Below are positions 1 to 12,388 of a stretch of DNA of 64,000 nt, in pieces. Made by a program: the position numbers and the translations under genes. The first letter of the stretch is position 1; each line of letters opens with the position of its first letter. Below the pieces are notes generated by a model. The model was not told the origin of the DNA. It ran no database searches and saw only the letters and a list, made by a program, of their open reading frames with translations. Source of the DNA: Pseudovirgaria hyperparasitica (lineage: Eukaryota); assembly GCA_010093815.1 (NCBI GenBank), contig ML996567.1; one strand, written 5' to 3'.

Positions 1-1
1 C

Positions 2-760
2 GGGCCACGCGCTCCGCAGACAGTCTCCTTCTCGGACTTCACATTATCCATGACCACCGAACATGAACCCGTGACCTTCACCAGCGGTCCCTCCACAGAT
101 CTCAACAAACCGCTTCCGCTTCCACCTGTTCCAGCCGCATCCACCAGAACCTCCTCCTCTCGCGAAACCACCGATTCCTTGGACCAAAGTCCGCAAACAA
201 GCACCTCCGCCTTACCTACAATAACCACAGAACCCACATCGCAGAAGAAGGCTCCTCCTGCCCCTCCAATAACCCGTCGTCATTCCCAGCTCCGCACCGC
301 GTCCAAGCAACCAGAAACCCGCTCCCGCTCCAACTCAAACCTCACAATCTCCTCTCAACACTCCGACACACCCTCCACATCCATGACACACAAGACAGCT
401 CCACCTCCGCCTCCACCCACGCGCCGTCCCGGCGCAGGCGCAAGCACATCTTCAGACATCCCCCGCTCGTCGCGCTCGTCCATACATTCGATACAGGCCT
501 CTGGGTCTCTTCCACCCGCTCCCCCACCGCGGCGCGGCTCCAGTAGAAGCAGCATGGACGTGGTGCGTCCGAGCGTCGAGGCCTTGGCAGATGCAAGGCG
601 TGTGAGCAGCGACAGCAAGCGGTTCAGTCGAAGCTCGATTGACGAGGATGCAGCTGTAGATGGGAGGTCTGAGAGCGTGGACATCTTGGCTGAGATGGCG
701 CGGTTGCAGGCGGAGGTAGATGCGTTACGACAGGGGATTGGGCGCGAGCATAATAAGTAA
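2..760 (+). CDS. 3' part of a Pro/Ser-rich hypothetical protein (5' end outside the window)
   Basis: Frame is open from position 2 to TAA at 758-760. It has repeated PPPPPxRR motifs and a C-terminal coiled-coil-like DILAEMARLQAEVDALR. Confidence 0.7.
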   Translation, partial: GPRAPQTVSFSDFTLSMTTEHEPVTFTSGPSTDLNKPLPLPPVPAASTRTSSSRETTDSLDQSPQTSTSALPTITTEPTSQKKAPPAPPITRRHSQLRTASKQPETRSRSNSNLTISSQHSDTPSTSMTHKTAPPPPPPTRRPGAGASTSSDIPRSSRSSIHSIQASGSLPPAPPPRRGSSRSSMDVVRPSVEALADARRVSSDSKRFSRSSIDEDAAVDGRSESVDILAEMARLQAEVDALRQGIGREHNK

Positions 761-1423
761 GCGCCTGAGATATTGGCGCTGCATTCCAACGTGGAGCAAT
801 TACGATTTGGCGGAGGGATCTAGTGGGCTTGTACGAGGAATCCTTTAAGCCTTGATCATTGCGATGTGAATATGGAGCATGGTGTTTTTTTGTTCCTCGC
901 GTGGATTTTCGGTATATAAGCGTCGGAATCTGTGGTTAGTTACATAGATCGCTATATTAAGGAGAACCGAGACTTTCTCGATATGGTGAACACATCACAG
1001 ACACAGTGGGATGGGCTTTACTGTAGGTACCGATCGCAGGCGAGACATGCTTGGGCACCCATTGAAACAGGTTCTATTCACATATTCAACCACCTATCAT
1101 AGGCCTACCATTTGTGTGTATGAAAGTCTATAGATGCATAGATACTGAGCCGCCTGGTACCTTCTATCCAGATTAACAGTGTCTACGGAGATCTCTAGTC
1201 TCGGTGTGTGCTGATTGCTCAAGATGACTTTATTGAAAGAGTGGTTTTAACAGGTTGTGCAGCTGGACAGTCTTATGGAGCATAAGACTGTCGATCACGT
1301 TAGGGGCAACACATATGTTTTGCTCTCACAATCAGGTGCGGACAACACGGTCAATGAGTTTGGAGTGCCACTACCTACTAGAGTAATCCATCTAGGACGG
1401 ATGATAGGGATTGTATGAATTGT

Positions 1424-2491
1424 TCAGGCCAGCAGCGTCTCGACTTGCTGCTGACTCAACCGGCCACTTGACCCTCCTGAAAATTGCGGCCTGGCTGGTG
1501 GTCTCTTTGGGCGTTCGGCCTGCTTCGGTGCTGTGCTGAGTTCCTGCTCGATGACCGGCACTGTGCGTCGCCTTGCTCCGGTCACGGGTCTTTTCGTTGG
1601 ATCCTGCTCCACTGCCGCATCTGCTTCAATGTTCTTCACGAATTTCGCGATTGACATGCTGTATCCTCCAATCCACTCGCCCCAGCTCTTGTTCTCAGTG
1701 TGTTCTGAGGTCCAATTAGATGACAGGACGTGTGACATGGCACAGATCGACATACCATTCATGCCTCCTGATGACTCCGTGTTTTGGTTTGATCGGGACC
1801 GCTGCTCTCTCCTCGAATCAACGATGCCCCTGGCAATCTTGTTCGCCGAGTTGATGCCGCTCTGAATTGTCCGCACATCGTCCAAGCTAATATTGGCTGG
1901 TAATGGGATTCGATAGTTGCCTGTCAGCGTCACAGCCTTACCTGGGCCGGCGATAAGCTCTTCTACTACTGGTTCACTCGCACAAGGCACGTCTTCTGCG
2001 TCATCTATACCAGCAGCCGATGACTTGCCAGGGTCTTCATCTGCTCTATGCTTTAGCTCAACCAGTTCTGTCCGAACAGCCTCCAATTCTGCCTCGAGCT
2101 TCTTTACTGCTTCTTCTGAGCCTGGTATTGGCCGGCCGCGACCACGTCGACGCGGGAGTTTGGCAGGAATACTGGACTCAGACGGGCGAGAGTACAGGGC
2201 TTCGACTTGAGCTTCCAGCTCACGCACGCGTGCCTTCAGAGTCAAGATCTCGTCGTTAAGGACATTGGACAGATCGTTTGGGGTTGCTTTTGTGGCCGCG
2301 TCACGATTCAATTTGCGCGGCTTCCGTCGTGGTTTTGTGGCAGTCTGAGACAGATTTTGAGCTGGTACAGATGGCGAGGATGCCGTATCAGAAAGCTTGA
2401 CCCCGGAGTCTGGTACTTTGACCGTGTTACGTTGAGTAGTTCCGGCGTTAAGAGGCCCATTAGCTGCTGGTTGAGGTTGCCTCATAGGCAT
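1424..2491 (-). CDS. Hypothetical coiled-coil protein with a probable in-frame 51-nt intron (1705-1755)
   Basis: 355-codon ORF with heptad segments (LKARVRELEAQVEAL, KKLEAELEAVRTEL). Intron signals GTATGT...CTAAT...CAG. Confidence 0.7.
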   Translation of the reverse strand: MPMRQPQPAANGPLNAGTTQRNTVKVPDSGVKLSDTASSPSVPAQNLSQTATKPRRKPRKLNRDAATKATPNDLSNVLNDEILTLKARVRELEAQVEALYSRPSESSIPAKLPRRRGRGRPIPGSEEAVKKLEAELEAVRTELVELKHRADEDPGKSSAAGIDDAEDVPCASEPVVEELIAGPGKAVTLTGNYRIPLPANISLDDVRTIQSGINSANKIARGIVDSRREQRSRSNQNTESSGGMNGMSICAMSHVLSSNWTSEHTENKSWGEWIGGYSMSIAKFVKNIEADAAVEQDPTKRPVTGARRRTVPVIEQELSTAPKQAERPKRPPARPQFSGGSSGRLSQQQVETLLA

Positions 2492-2952
2492 CGTGTTCGT
2501 TTGCTAGTCCGCACGGCCATGTACTGTGAGTGTCGTGTGCAAAGACAGGGTAGTCTACGACTAGACAGGATGTTGAGCATGCCATGATGCGTGCAGAGCC
2601 AGTTGGAGTGATATACCAAGTTGTCCGGGATATGTGCCTGATTGTAGCCTTGTAAGATGTTGCATGCTTGCAATGACGCAGGAAGGAGCTACCCGCATCC
2701 CATGTGGGGAAAGAACGGCGCTCGGTAAGCTTTCGACGCGTCAAACCAGATCCGGCAACCGTGTTCAGTACCATCAAGTTCACTTTATGCAGACGAGTCT
2801 TGAATGCATCTGAGCTCGGCATCACAACCTGTCGCTATCCTTTTCACTTATACCATTCCATTCAGGTGCAGCTGAGGGACATCCCATTCTCTATTCCAAT
2901 GTCCTGAACCTCCTGAGAATCAATCTCTCACGGCTTTCGATCTAGCTTCAAG

Positions 2953-5652
2953 ATGACGAAGTTCCAAGTATACATTCTGGTAAGACTGTTGTCAAAGATC
3001 TGTTCAGTGTGTATCTAATGCGCCTGTTTAGACCTCTATTGCAGCCGCGATCGGCGTCATCGGTCGAGCCTTTATAGCAAGGCCAAATTTCTGGTCAGCA
3101 ACCATATTGCTGGCATCAAGCAATGGCTCCCTTATCGTCCTTACCAATGTCGCTCTCATTCTGACCGGCGGCATCGTCTATACGCTCCAGAGACTCCTGT
3201 ACGGACCTTTACGACCGATCGAGGTGGAGCAGCTATGGGAAAGAGGATGGATGGCTGTTACGGAGACGCTGCTTTCCTTGACCATATTCCGAGAAGACAT
3301 AGGATCCCAATTCTTCGCAATGTTCCTGGCTCTGATGGCGGGAAAGATCTGGTGTTGGATCGGAGAGGGTCGAGTCGAGTTTCTGGAACAGCAACCTCCG
3401 GCAAACCCTCTCCTGTTCCACGCGAGACTGACTGGCTCCCTGGTCCTTTCGGTGTTCTTCGATTGCTTTATGCTAGGCTGGTGTCTGCAGGTCGTTCTGC
3501 GACAAGCACGTCCGGGAATGATGGTTATGTACGGCTTTGAATTCACCCTTCTGAGCATACAGTCCCTCTCGCTTCTTCTGAGGTATGCTCTGAATGTAGC
3601 GCAGATAGTTATTACCAAGAGGCAGACAGCTGTGGCTATTGAGGTGGCACGAGCTGAAGCAGAGGCAGCTCGTGCGGAATCTCGGGCAGCACACATTGCG
3701 CGTGGCGGAACAGTGCAAGTGGGAGGATCAGCAGATGACCCGGTTGAGATTGATGAGCACGATATCGATGTGCCTGGTTGGGAAGAGAAAGGGCGATGGG
3801 TATTCTATCTTGATTTGGTGACTGGTAAGATGCCTGACGATCTGTGGATGACTGCGCAGGTGCTGATGATTGACTAGATTTTATCAAATCGCTCGTATAC
3901 TGCAGCTTCTTTGTCATTCTCCTCGTCTTCCATGGTCTTCCCATCCATATCATGAGAGACCTATACATCACCGTGCGGTCGTTTTGCAAACGTATAATGG
4001 ATTTCGTGCAATACCGACAAGCAACCAAGAACATGAATGAGCAATACGCAGACGCAACTGTCGCGGATCTCCAGAGCGACAACACCTGCATTATCTGCAG
4101 GGAAGAGATGTCGGCTTGGGCTCCACAGCAAGGTGATGGACGAGGCGCTCGTGCCATGGATGAGAGGCAGAGAGCTAAGAAGCTGCCATGCGGTCATATA
4201 CTCCATTTCAATTGCCTCCGGAGTTGGTTGGAGCGGCAGCGCGTGTGCCCTACCTGTAGGCGTCCAGTTCTAGCAGACAGCCGTACTGCCAACCGTGGTG
4301 GACCTCAAGGCGGACGAGATCAACAAGGACGATTTCAACAAAACAACAATCGACAGCCCGGTGCGGGAGGAGCCAATGCTCCACCACGTAACAGGAATGG
4401 TGTGCCGCCGCCCGCTCAACCGGCTGGAAATCGGGGTATGGGCCAGCAGAACGCAAACCAAGATCGGAACCAGAACCAAATCCCGCAAAGACCAGCAAAC
4501 ATGAGAGTCTTTAACTTTGGACCATTCCGGCTTGCTATAGGGGCAGGCCCGTTGAACCAAGCCAACGAGCTACTAAACAACATGGCCCGGGCTGAACCGG
4601 ACAACCAGCAGCAACCAGCCCAGGAACCTGCCGAAGCTGACAACATTGAAGGGCTGATACAACAGTCACAGGCGCTTCGTGCCCAGCTACTTGAAACGAT
4701 TAGGCGTATGCAAGCTCAACACAGCGAACTGAATATAATGCAGCATATGGCGAGGGAGTTGAGAAGGATTGATGATCGGCCCAGGGGGCCTCAGGTACCA
4801 CCATTAGAACAGTACGGACCTCAGCCAGGCAATCCCCCTATGGCAGGACAGCATCCGAATCTACCGGCTGGCATGGTGCTTCCGCCAGGCTATACAGCGC
4901 AAAGATTGTTTCCGGTCCAACAGCCGCCCCAGGTTCCGAGCTTGCAGATCCCATCTACCAGTATCCGGACTGACGGACAGGTTCTACCGTCTCCCAGCAT
5001 CCAGAACCAGGAGAGCGCCAGGGCATTTCCGGCGCCTGCACAAGCATCCAGCCCATCAGGATCACAGCCGCCAACGTCGATGCAGCAAATGCAACCAGCG
5101 TCATGGCAGCAGCAGCAGCAGCAGCAACAGCAGCAACAGCAGCAAATGGCACCGACTTGGATGCAGCAAACGCCCACGACGACTATGCAGCAGCAACAGC
5201 AGATGCCACCAGCGGCTATGCAGCAAATGGCACCGACCTGGATGCAGCAAATGCCCCCAACGGCCATGCAGCACATGCCACCAACGGCCATGCAGCAAAT
5301 GCCTCTAACGGGTATGCAACAAATGCCACCAACGTTCATGCAGCAGCCTTTACCACCAACGCCAGTACAGCAGCATATACCACAAACGGCTATGCCGCAA
5401 GTTCCTCCAACGTCAATGCAGCAAAGGCCGCCAACATCAATGCAGCCAAGGGGGAGTGGACAAGGTGTGCTGCGGACATCACAGCCTCGAACCTGGAGCT
5501 TCAAGCACAACAGCCCCCAACCGACCAGTACGACCACGAGTCCCACGGCTCAGACACCACAGACTGGGGAGTCGTCGACGAATACAGCGCAGCAGAGGAA
5601 TCCGCACGCGGCATCGGTAGAGGATGCGGACGCAGATCCCACGGCATCGTGA
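2953..5652 (+). CDS. HRD1: ERAD E3 ubiquitin ligase Hrd1 (exons 2953-2979, 3032-3824, 3878-5652)
   Basis: Multi-TM N-terminus with LLYGPLRPIEVEQLWER and GLPIHIMRD. RING-H2 domain CIICREEM...KKLPCGHILHFNCLRSWLERQRVCPTCR. Splicing by hand restores the frame. Confidence 0.95.
5068..5450 (+). repeat. Coding tandem repeat of about 24 nt (TxMQQMPP) plus a CAG/CAA polyQ run inside HRD1
   Basis: About a dozen degenerate copies of ACG-NNN-ATG-CAG-CAA-ATG-CCN-CCA. Confidence 0.9.
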
Positions 5653-6665
5653 GGGGTGGAGTGTCTTGGCGTTGGCATGCATAGCGAGGCGTTTACGAGA
5701 GCGGTGGACGGCAAGGTTACGGCTTGGTAGAGTGCATAGACGATGAATAAAGGGCTTGTTATATCTGTCTGAGTGAACTGTGCCGATGTCATACGTGATG
5801 TCTGGGTGTCTCTTGCGTGAATCCAAGCCTGGCCACTTATTCACAACTGACGGCAGTCTCGTCGAAGGTCCGGAATGGAAGGGGGACTGGATCGAAAGGG
5901 GATGGATAGATACGGGGCGACGGTGCAGTGCAATAGGACAACGTACTGTACTGCAGTAGATAGCGTGTCGCCGTGGAACGTGGGGACTGGGAAACGTGGA
6001 AGAACTACTACTACACAGATCGTCCATCCGTCCATGCATTCATCCATCCATTCATCCGACCATTCATCTCTTTTGCAAAGTCTCCAGCACAAATCACAAA
6101 TCACAAATTTCAAAACAACAAAACAACAGAAAATCAAGGGAGAAAAAACCGCCCGAATTGTGATTATTCTATCTTCTAATCCTAATTCTAGATTTGTAAA
6201 ATAAAAATAAAAAGGGGGATTCGATTGGGAAAAAGATAAAAGATAGGAGAGGTGTGCTTTGCATTCTTTCATTTCTTTCATTTCTTTCATTTCTTTCATT
6301 TCTTTCGTCATTACGTTACGCCCGCTCCCGAGATGGTGATGCCAAAGTGATGGTAAAAAAAATGAGAGGAAATGATGCATTCTGATGAGGTGAGGAGAAT
6401 GAAGGAAGATAGGAATGGAGATGCAGATGCACATGCTTGATGGGGACAAAGGATAGACAAGACAAAGACAGGACAAGACAAGAAACGAACGGAATGACAT
6501 GAAATGAACGAAATGACATGACATGAATGCAGACGAAGAGTTGAAACCACATTCCTGTTGACAGCCGACACCAAAGACGGACAAAACACACAAAGATTGA
6601 GAAGAGAATACCCTTCCCCTATCCCCCCATCCCCCATCCCCCACCCCCTCTAAGCAAAATCAAAA

Positions 6666-9041
6666 TCAAACAACAACAGTAGCAACACTCCTCCCCGCCC
6701 TACTCCCCCCTTTACTACTCCCCGCCCTACTCCCCTTACTCCCCTTACTCCCCCCATCCCCACCATCAACCATACTCCTCGTAATCCCCCTCACAGGCAG
6801 CATCCCCGCCCCAGCATCATCCTTCACAGCAACCAACCTCCGCACCGTCCCCGTACTCCCCGCCTCACTCCCCGCCTTCGAGCCATGTTCCGCACGGCGA
6901 ATAACCGGTATCTGCTCAACCGCATCCACTATTTCCGCTATTTCTGCGTCTGCATCTGCGTCTTTGTGTTTAGATTTATGGGAGGAAGAAGAGGAGGATT
7001 TCGATTTCGAGGATTTGGACGAGCGGTGCGAGTGTGTGCTGCCATGGCTGTGGCGCGAGCGGTGGGAATGGTGTGAATGTGTACTCGCGGTTTCGGGGGG
7101 AGGATCCTGATGGTGCGAGTCGCGGCGAGGGCGCAGCGCGACGGAGTGGTGGCGCGAGAAGATTGTTTTTACGTCGTCGAGGAGGGTTTCGGCGCGGGCG
7201 TGGAGGGTTGGGTGGGAGCTTTTTGCGGTTTCGGTGGCGGTTTCGGTTTTGTGAGTGCTGTGTTTCGAGCCGTGTTTCGAGCTGGACTTTGACCGCCGGC
7301 TTGAGCGCGAATGGCGGGAGTGTCGCGAGGACGAGCCGGCCTGGGAGATGGAGTCTGAGGGGACGACGGTGGCGTCGTCGATGTCGAGGTCTGAGAGCTC
7401 GAGGTCTTGGGGGCCGATGAGGGTGGGGATGGGGGTTGTTGCTGTTATGGTCGTGTTGGCGGCCGGGGGAGGGGTGGAGGTGGATGTTGTGGATATGACG
7501 GGGTCGGTTATGACTTCGACTTCGAGGTAGGATTTTGCGGGCGTGGAGTGGTGGGAGGGGGTTTTCGAGGGTGTTTTCGAGGGTGTCTTCGAGGGGGCCT
7601 TAGATGGAGCAGCAGACGGCGCTTTACTCGCGCCCTCGCCCTCACGCCTCGACCTACTCGACCGATGCGACGACGCACGACTCCTTGCATCATCGTCTCC
7701 ATCCCCACCCCCAGGCACAGCAAGCAGCAGCGCCGAGCGAGAGGATTGCTCAGGCACAAAGCTCGATATCAGCGTCGGCGCACGACTCTCCGGCCGCTGT
7801 GACGCTGCCGTGGCCGCCGGTCTAACAGTCGACGACCCAGACGTCGACGCACCGGCAGAATGGCGAAACGAGGCGCGCGTGGGCGCAACATACATGTACG
7901 AGCTAAACTGCGCGAGCCGGGCATCTGTCGAGGTCTCATACGGAGGCGGATGAGGGCTGTGGTTATGGTAGAAGCGGCTCTGAGCGTGGGAATGCGGCGG
8001 CGGAGGAGGAGCCTCGATGGCGCGGACGTCGAGCTCGTGTCTGTGTGCGGGCGAACTGTATGCTGATTCTGTGACGCTGAAGTTGCGGCGCGCGGGCGAG
8101 GGCGAGGAGTCCGGGGCGACGAGGGAGGGCTTGCGCTGGGAGGAGGACTGGGAAGCGGCGTAGGCGAGGGCTTCGGCGCGGGCGCCGTCTTCTTCGCCTC
8201 TGCACATTGCGTATGCGACTGCGGCTCCGGCGGCGGCGCCGAGGAGGGTGCCGATGAGGGTCTTGGAGGCGCTGCTGTCGGTGCTTGTGGTGCGGATGAG
8301 CAGGGCTGGGGGAGGAGTAGTTGTAAGGGCGGTTTCTACTGGGGGTGATGCTGGTGGTGGTGGTGAGGGTGAGGGTGTAGATGTCGTCGCTTTGCTCGCC
8401 GCGGAGCCAGCAGACGCGGAGACGACGGTGAGGGCCTTCTTGGCCACAGACGTCATGGACGATATCGACGATGCGGTCGAGGTGCGTCTCTCGATACTCT
8501 CCGCCTCGGTCAGCGTGTCGGCCACGTCGTCGCGCCAGTCGAGCACGCGGCTCCGGCCAGCAGACTGGTCAGAGGCAGACTCCTCGTCGGGGCGGTACAC
8601 GGCCTCGATGCTGTTGCCGTCAAAGTCGAGGACGGCGGCGTTGAAGTAGCCCGTGTCGGCGTTGCGGCAGGCAGGAGGACCATGGGGACGACCACCGGCG
8701 GTCAGGGCAGCGGTATAAAACTCTCTGACGGCGGTGCGACTGGGCGCGGAAAAGGCAATGTGGGCGGCGCCGGCCTTGACACTGACGTAGGTAGGACGGA
8801 TCAGCAACGTGCATGGCATGAAGTATGGGCTTGGGTTACGCCGGACACATAAAACAAGGACTTTTTTGACTTACCCCGGAGTTTCCTGGCACAGGAAGAA
8901 GTCGGCGTCGTCGATGCCAAAGCCCACCTGGTTGCCCTGCTGGCCGATGTAGCGGTAGCCCAGCGACTGCAGCGCCGACAGGAAGAACGAGCTCGAGGTT
9001 GGCAGATGAGAGACAGTGAGACCGATGTGGGAAACGGGCAT
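6666..9041 (-). CDS. Glyoxalase/bleomycin-resistance (VOC) domain protein with a long Ser/His-rich disordered tail (intron 8782-8874)
   Basis: Exon 1 MPVSHIGLTVSHL...DFFL joins HIAFSAPSRTAVREFYTAALTAGG...YFNAAVLDFDGNSIEAVY. Intron GTAAGT...GCTGAT...CAG. Confidence 0.85.
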
Positions 9042-11170
9042 AGCGGGTGCAACAACACACGGGCAGGTAGGTGTGGACACAGATCGAGGGGGGTGAAGAA
9101 GAGAAGCGGTGTGTACAGGAGAATAAACGACGACGACGAAGAAGAAGAACTAAAAACGATCCAAAGACGGAGACTTCTTTGAACCAGACAGACAAGATCG
9201 AAGAACTGTGTCGAGGAGTATGTAACTAGAGACGGAAGAATGAGAAAGGTACCTCTACCTACGATTAAATAGACGAGTCGGTCGGAGGATAGAAGAAGAG
9301 AAACGAAGCCAGGCCGCCGAAAAAACGAAGCGGAAAAGAGAGGCGACAAATAAAGTGTTCTTCTCTCCCTCTCTCACACACACCCCCAGATATACAACCA
9401 TCGTGGAGTCTTCTCCTGCATGTACGTACGTCTCTCTCTCTCTCTCTCTGAGGCTTTCCCAACGAGGTAATAGGACGAGCCCGGCGGGGCGGGCGGCTCA
9501 CACACACACAGACACACACACACATACATACATACACACAGTTCAGTAGAGAGCGCCAGCGCCTCCCAGTCGGTCGAGGGGTGGAGCCCCTCGTTTGACT
9601 CGCTCGCCAGCCAGAGAAGGAAGGGGGAGCGTTCCTCTGTTTCGCCAACTTTAGACGCATCTTTCAGAAAAGGAGCCGACGTGCATGCATGCAGGCAGGC
9701 AGGCAGATGTAGGCTCCCTCTCTCTCCCTCCCTCACATCGGTAGGCGAGAGAGAACGTTGCAAGCGGGTGTTGGGGGAGGACGGAAGACAAGTGGGGACT
9801 CAAGAGGACCCAAGGGGGACCCAAGAGGGGGCAGGGTGAGAAAGTCTCACGAGTCCCAGGTTGCCAACGCAGCAAGACACTCAGACGCGGATGGATGATG
9901 AATGAATGGACGATAAACAACAGCCTCTAGATAAACACAATACTACTCGTTGCGGCCCGTTGCGCGAATAGCCGACTGGCCACTAACGGACCGTCCAAGC
10001 CGACCGGGGGGGCAATTGGGGGGCACGTGAGAGAAGAGGGAAATGATTACCGCCTCACTTCCATCGAACATCCCCGACGACCGCGTGTTTGTAGCTGGCA
10101 CTAGGGCAGTGGGCAGTGTGTATTACTGTAGTAGTGTCTCGCTGTGGGGTCCTTGTACTAACTTACGGGGGGTTTGAGGCTTTGAGTTGAGGGTTTGTGC
10201 GAGCGGTGGGGATCACTACATGGATGAAAGAGGATCACCGGCACAGTGTGTTGATCAGCGGCTGTGGACTCGACTTTACTTTGACCGCCAAGTACTAATT
10301 ACCTAGAACCCGACTACCTACACTGCTGACTCAGAGGTTCTCCAGCACAGGACAGGACAGGACAGGAGAGGCCCGAGTATGGTATGTTAATCATGGAGAG
10401 TACGGTATACGGTCACGGTATAGGAGTCAGTGATCATGATATGCGAGATTATCATGGGCCCCGCCGTAATAGCCACGGCTAGAACTCCCTCACAGTCACT
10501 GTCGATGCACTCGCCTGTTGTTGTTGTTATTGACTCTACTACTTCTTACCACTCACTCTGTGTGACGTGGAGGATCCCAGTTGGGGGTTGCTGCAAGGTG
10601 CCACGGACACGGATTCTTGGGGATGCATGCTCACGTGCGGCTGATTCATGCACGTCTCTGCGTTTCAATAGTACACACACACTATCATCAGTACGCTATG
10701 TGTGTGTGTGTTCCAGATGTCCATTTCTTACTCGTATCTCGTCAGACCTTTGGCTTTTGTTTAGTGTGATCCACAGTCGTGTGTGGCTCACACACACACA
10801 TACACACATACACACATACACATGTGAATATGCCTCCTGCGCCTTATGCTATCTGCGATCCACACGATTCCACGCATACATGAACGGAGACTTTATACAT
10901 CTCCTCCTGATTGACAACAGCAACAACAACAACAACGACTACCACCGCCTCCAGACTCCAACCAACACAGTCAATGGCACGCACGCTGATATGAAAAGCT
11001 ACGGGAGCAAGTTGAAGTGCCCCGTAGAATGAACGCTACGTGTTGAGGCTGTCGGGGGGAGCCAAGGCCTTGGTTGTAAAGACAGCGGACCTCGCGACAA
11101 GACCCTCAACACGAGCGAAATGACACACCAGAACCTTTGATGTTGAGATCGCAGCTCCAATGGCCTCCCG

Positions 11171-11229
11171 CACTATGACACGATGACACGATGACACGAT
11201 GACACGATGACACGATGACACTATGACAC
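11171..11229. repeat. 8-bp microsatellite (GATGACAC)n downstream of EMG1
   Basis: About 7 tandem units seen directly. Confidence 0.9.
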
Positions 11230-11335
11230 AAACGAAAATCCAGATTCCAAGCGGTCCGGGACATTTTAGGTTGTGATTGTGCAGCGCGCGCGCGCGCAAG
11301 GACGGGCGGGGCGATTGGGCTACGTGCCAACGGAC

Positions 11336-12388
11336 TTATATAATGCCCCAGACGTCTTCTGCAGCGTGGCAAAACTTGCTGCACGCTACACTGGCGCTGA
11401 GATTGAAGTTGCTGATGGCAATCGAGTCGTCCTTGAACGCGTCGGCAAAGTCGTCGTTGCCCTTGGCCATGGCGCCGATGAAGACGCAGATACTCTCCTT
11501 TGGCCCTAGCGCAGAGATGTAGTCGCGGCACCGCACCACCGTCGAGTCGAAACTCAGCGTCACCTTCCGGCAATTGGGCGGCAGGTGATCGGTGATGGGA
11601 TTCTTGATCACGCTGATCAGCTTCTCCTGCGAGTTCGTCGAGCGAATGGAGAGCCGATGGAGTAGCTGCACCATCAGGCCGGCAAATCGCTTAAACGTAC
11701 GCGGGATGCGCACGGTGGGATTCACCTCGATCAGCACGTTCTTGTTCGTGTGGATGTAGATTTGGAGCTTCCCGGCCTTGTTGATGGGCGAATCGAGCAG
11801 AGTCAGCAGACACTGCGCTACAAGTGTCAGCAGACAATCCAGCTGGACATGGACAACAAGAGCGTCCTGCTTGCCTGATGTGTAATGTCGGGACGCGCCT
11901 CGCTGATGTCCCGACCCATCTTCCTCATCACGCCGATATGGTCGTCGCTGTTGAGCAGCGTAAACTTGTCTGGCTGGACAGGCCCGCCATGTCGGCTCGC
12001 AGAGTGGGCAGCCCGGTATGTCTCGAGGGTGGCGTTGCAGAGGACGACAACGAGGCGCTGGCTGTCCTTGTCGCTGGACGGAATGGGATGGTGTTGCTCA
12101 GCGACCAGCCTGGGCAACTCTGGAGGAGGGAGAGATTGGGTTCCTTGCGTTGAAGCAAAGTTAGTCATGTTGACAATATTTGTTGGAAATATATATCGAT
12201 GTAGTGGTGTTGGCGCAAGTGTTTTTGATGGAGAGCATTAGGGGAGGGGTGGAAAGAAGCAGAGAAAGAGGACAAGGACGGAGGAGGAGGAGGAGGAGGA
12301 GGAGGAAGGTACAGCAGTACTGACTTGCTCTCTTACGTTGAGGAGACTCTCTGCTGCTTTTACGAAGAAGTTCCGGGGCGACAGCCAT
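11336..12388 (-). CDS. EMG1: 18S rRNA pseudouridine N1-methyltransferase Nep1/Emg1 (exons 12388-12337, 12143-11875, 11812-11336)
   Basis: [52 protein letters not shown] and [11 protein letters not shown]. The second intron is GC-AG. Confidence 0.95.

Noticed and set aside
4890..5684. Cys-rich and Ala-rich ORFs overlapping HRD1
   Set aside because: They are alternative-frame or antisense shadows of the CAG/ATG repeat region.
5841..6644. 267-aa minus-strand ORF with KEMKEM repeats
   Set aside because: It is built from 3'-UTR simple repeats, with no domain or coding-like composition.
12144..12336. Possible snoRNA in the long first intron of EMG1
   Set aside because: I found no convincing C/D or H/ACA box arrangement; the extra length is mostly a (CCT)n tract.
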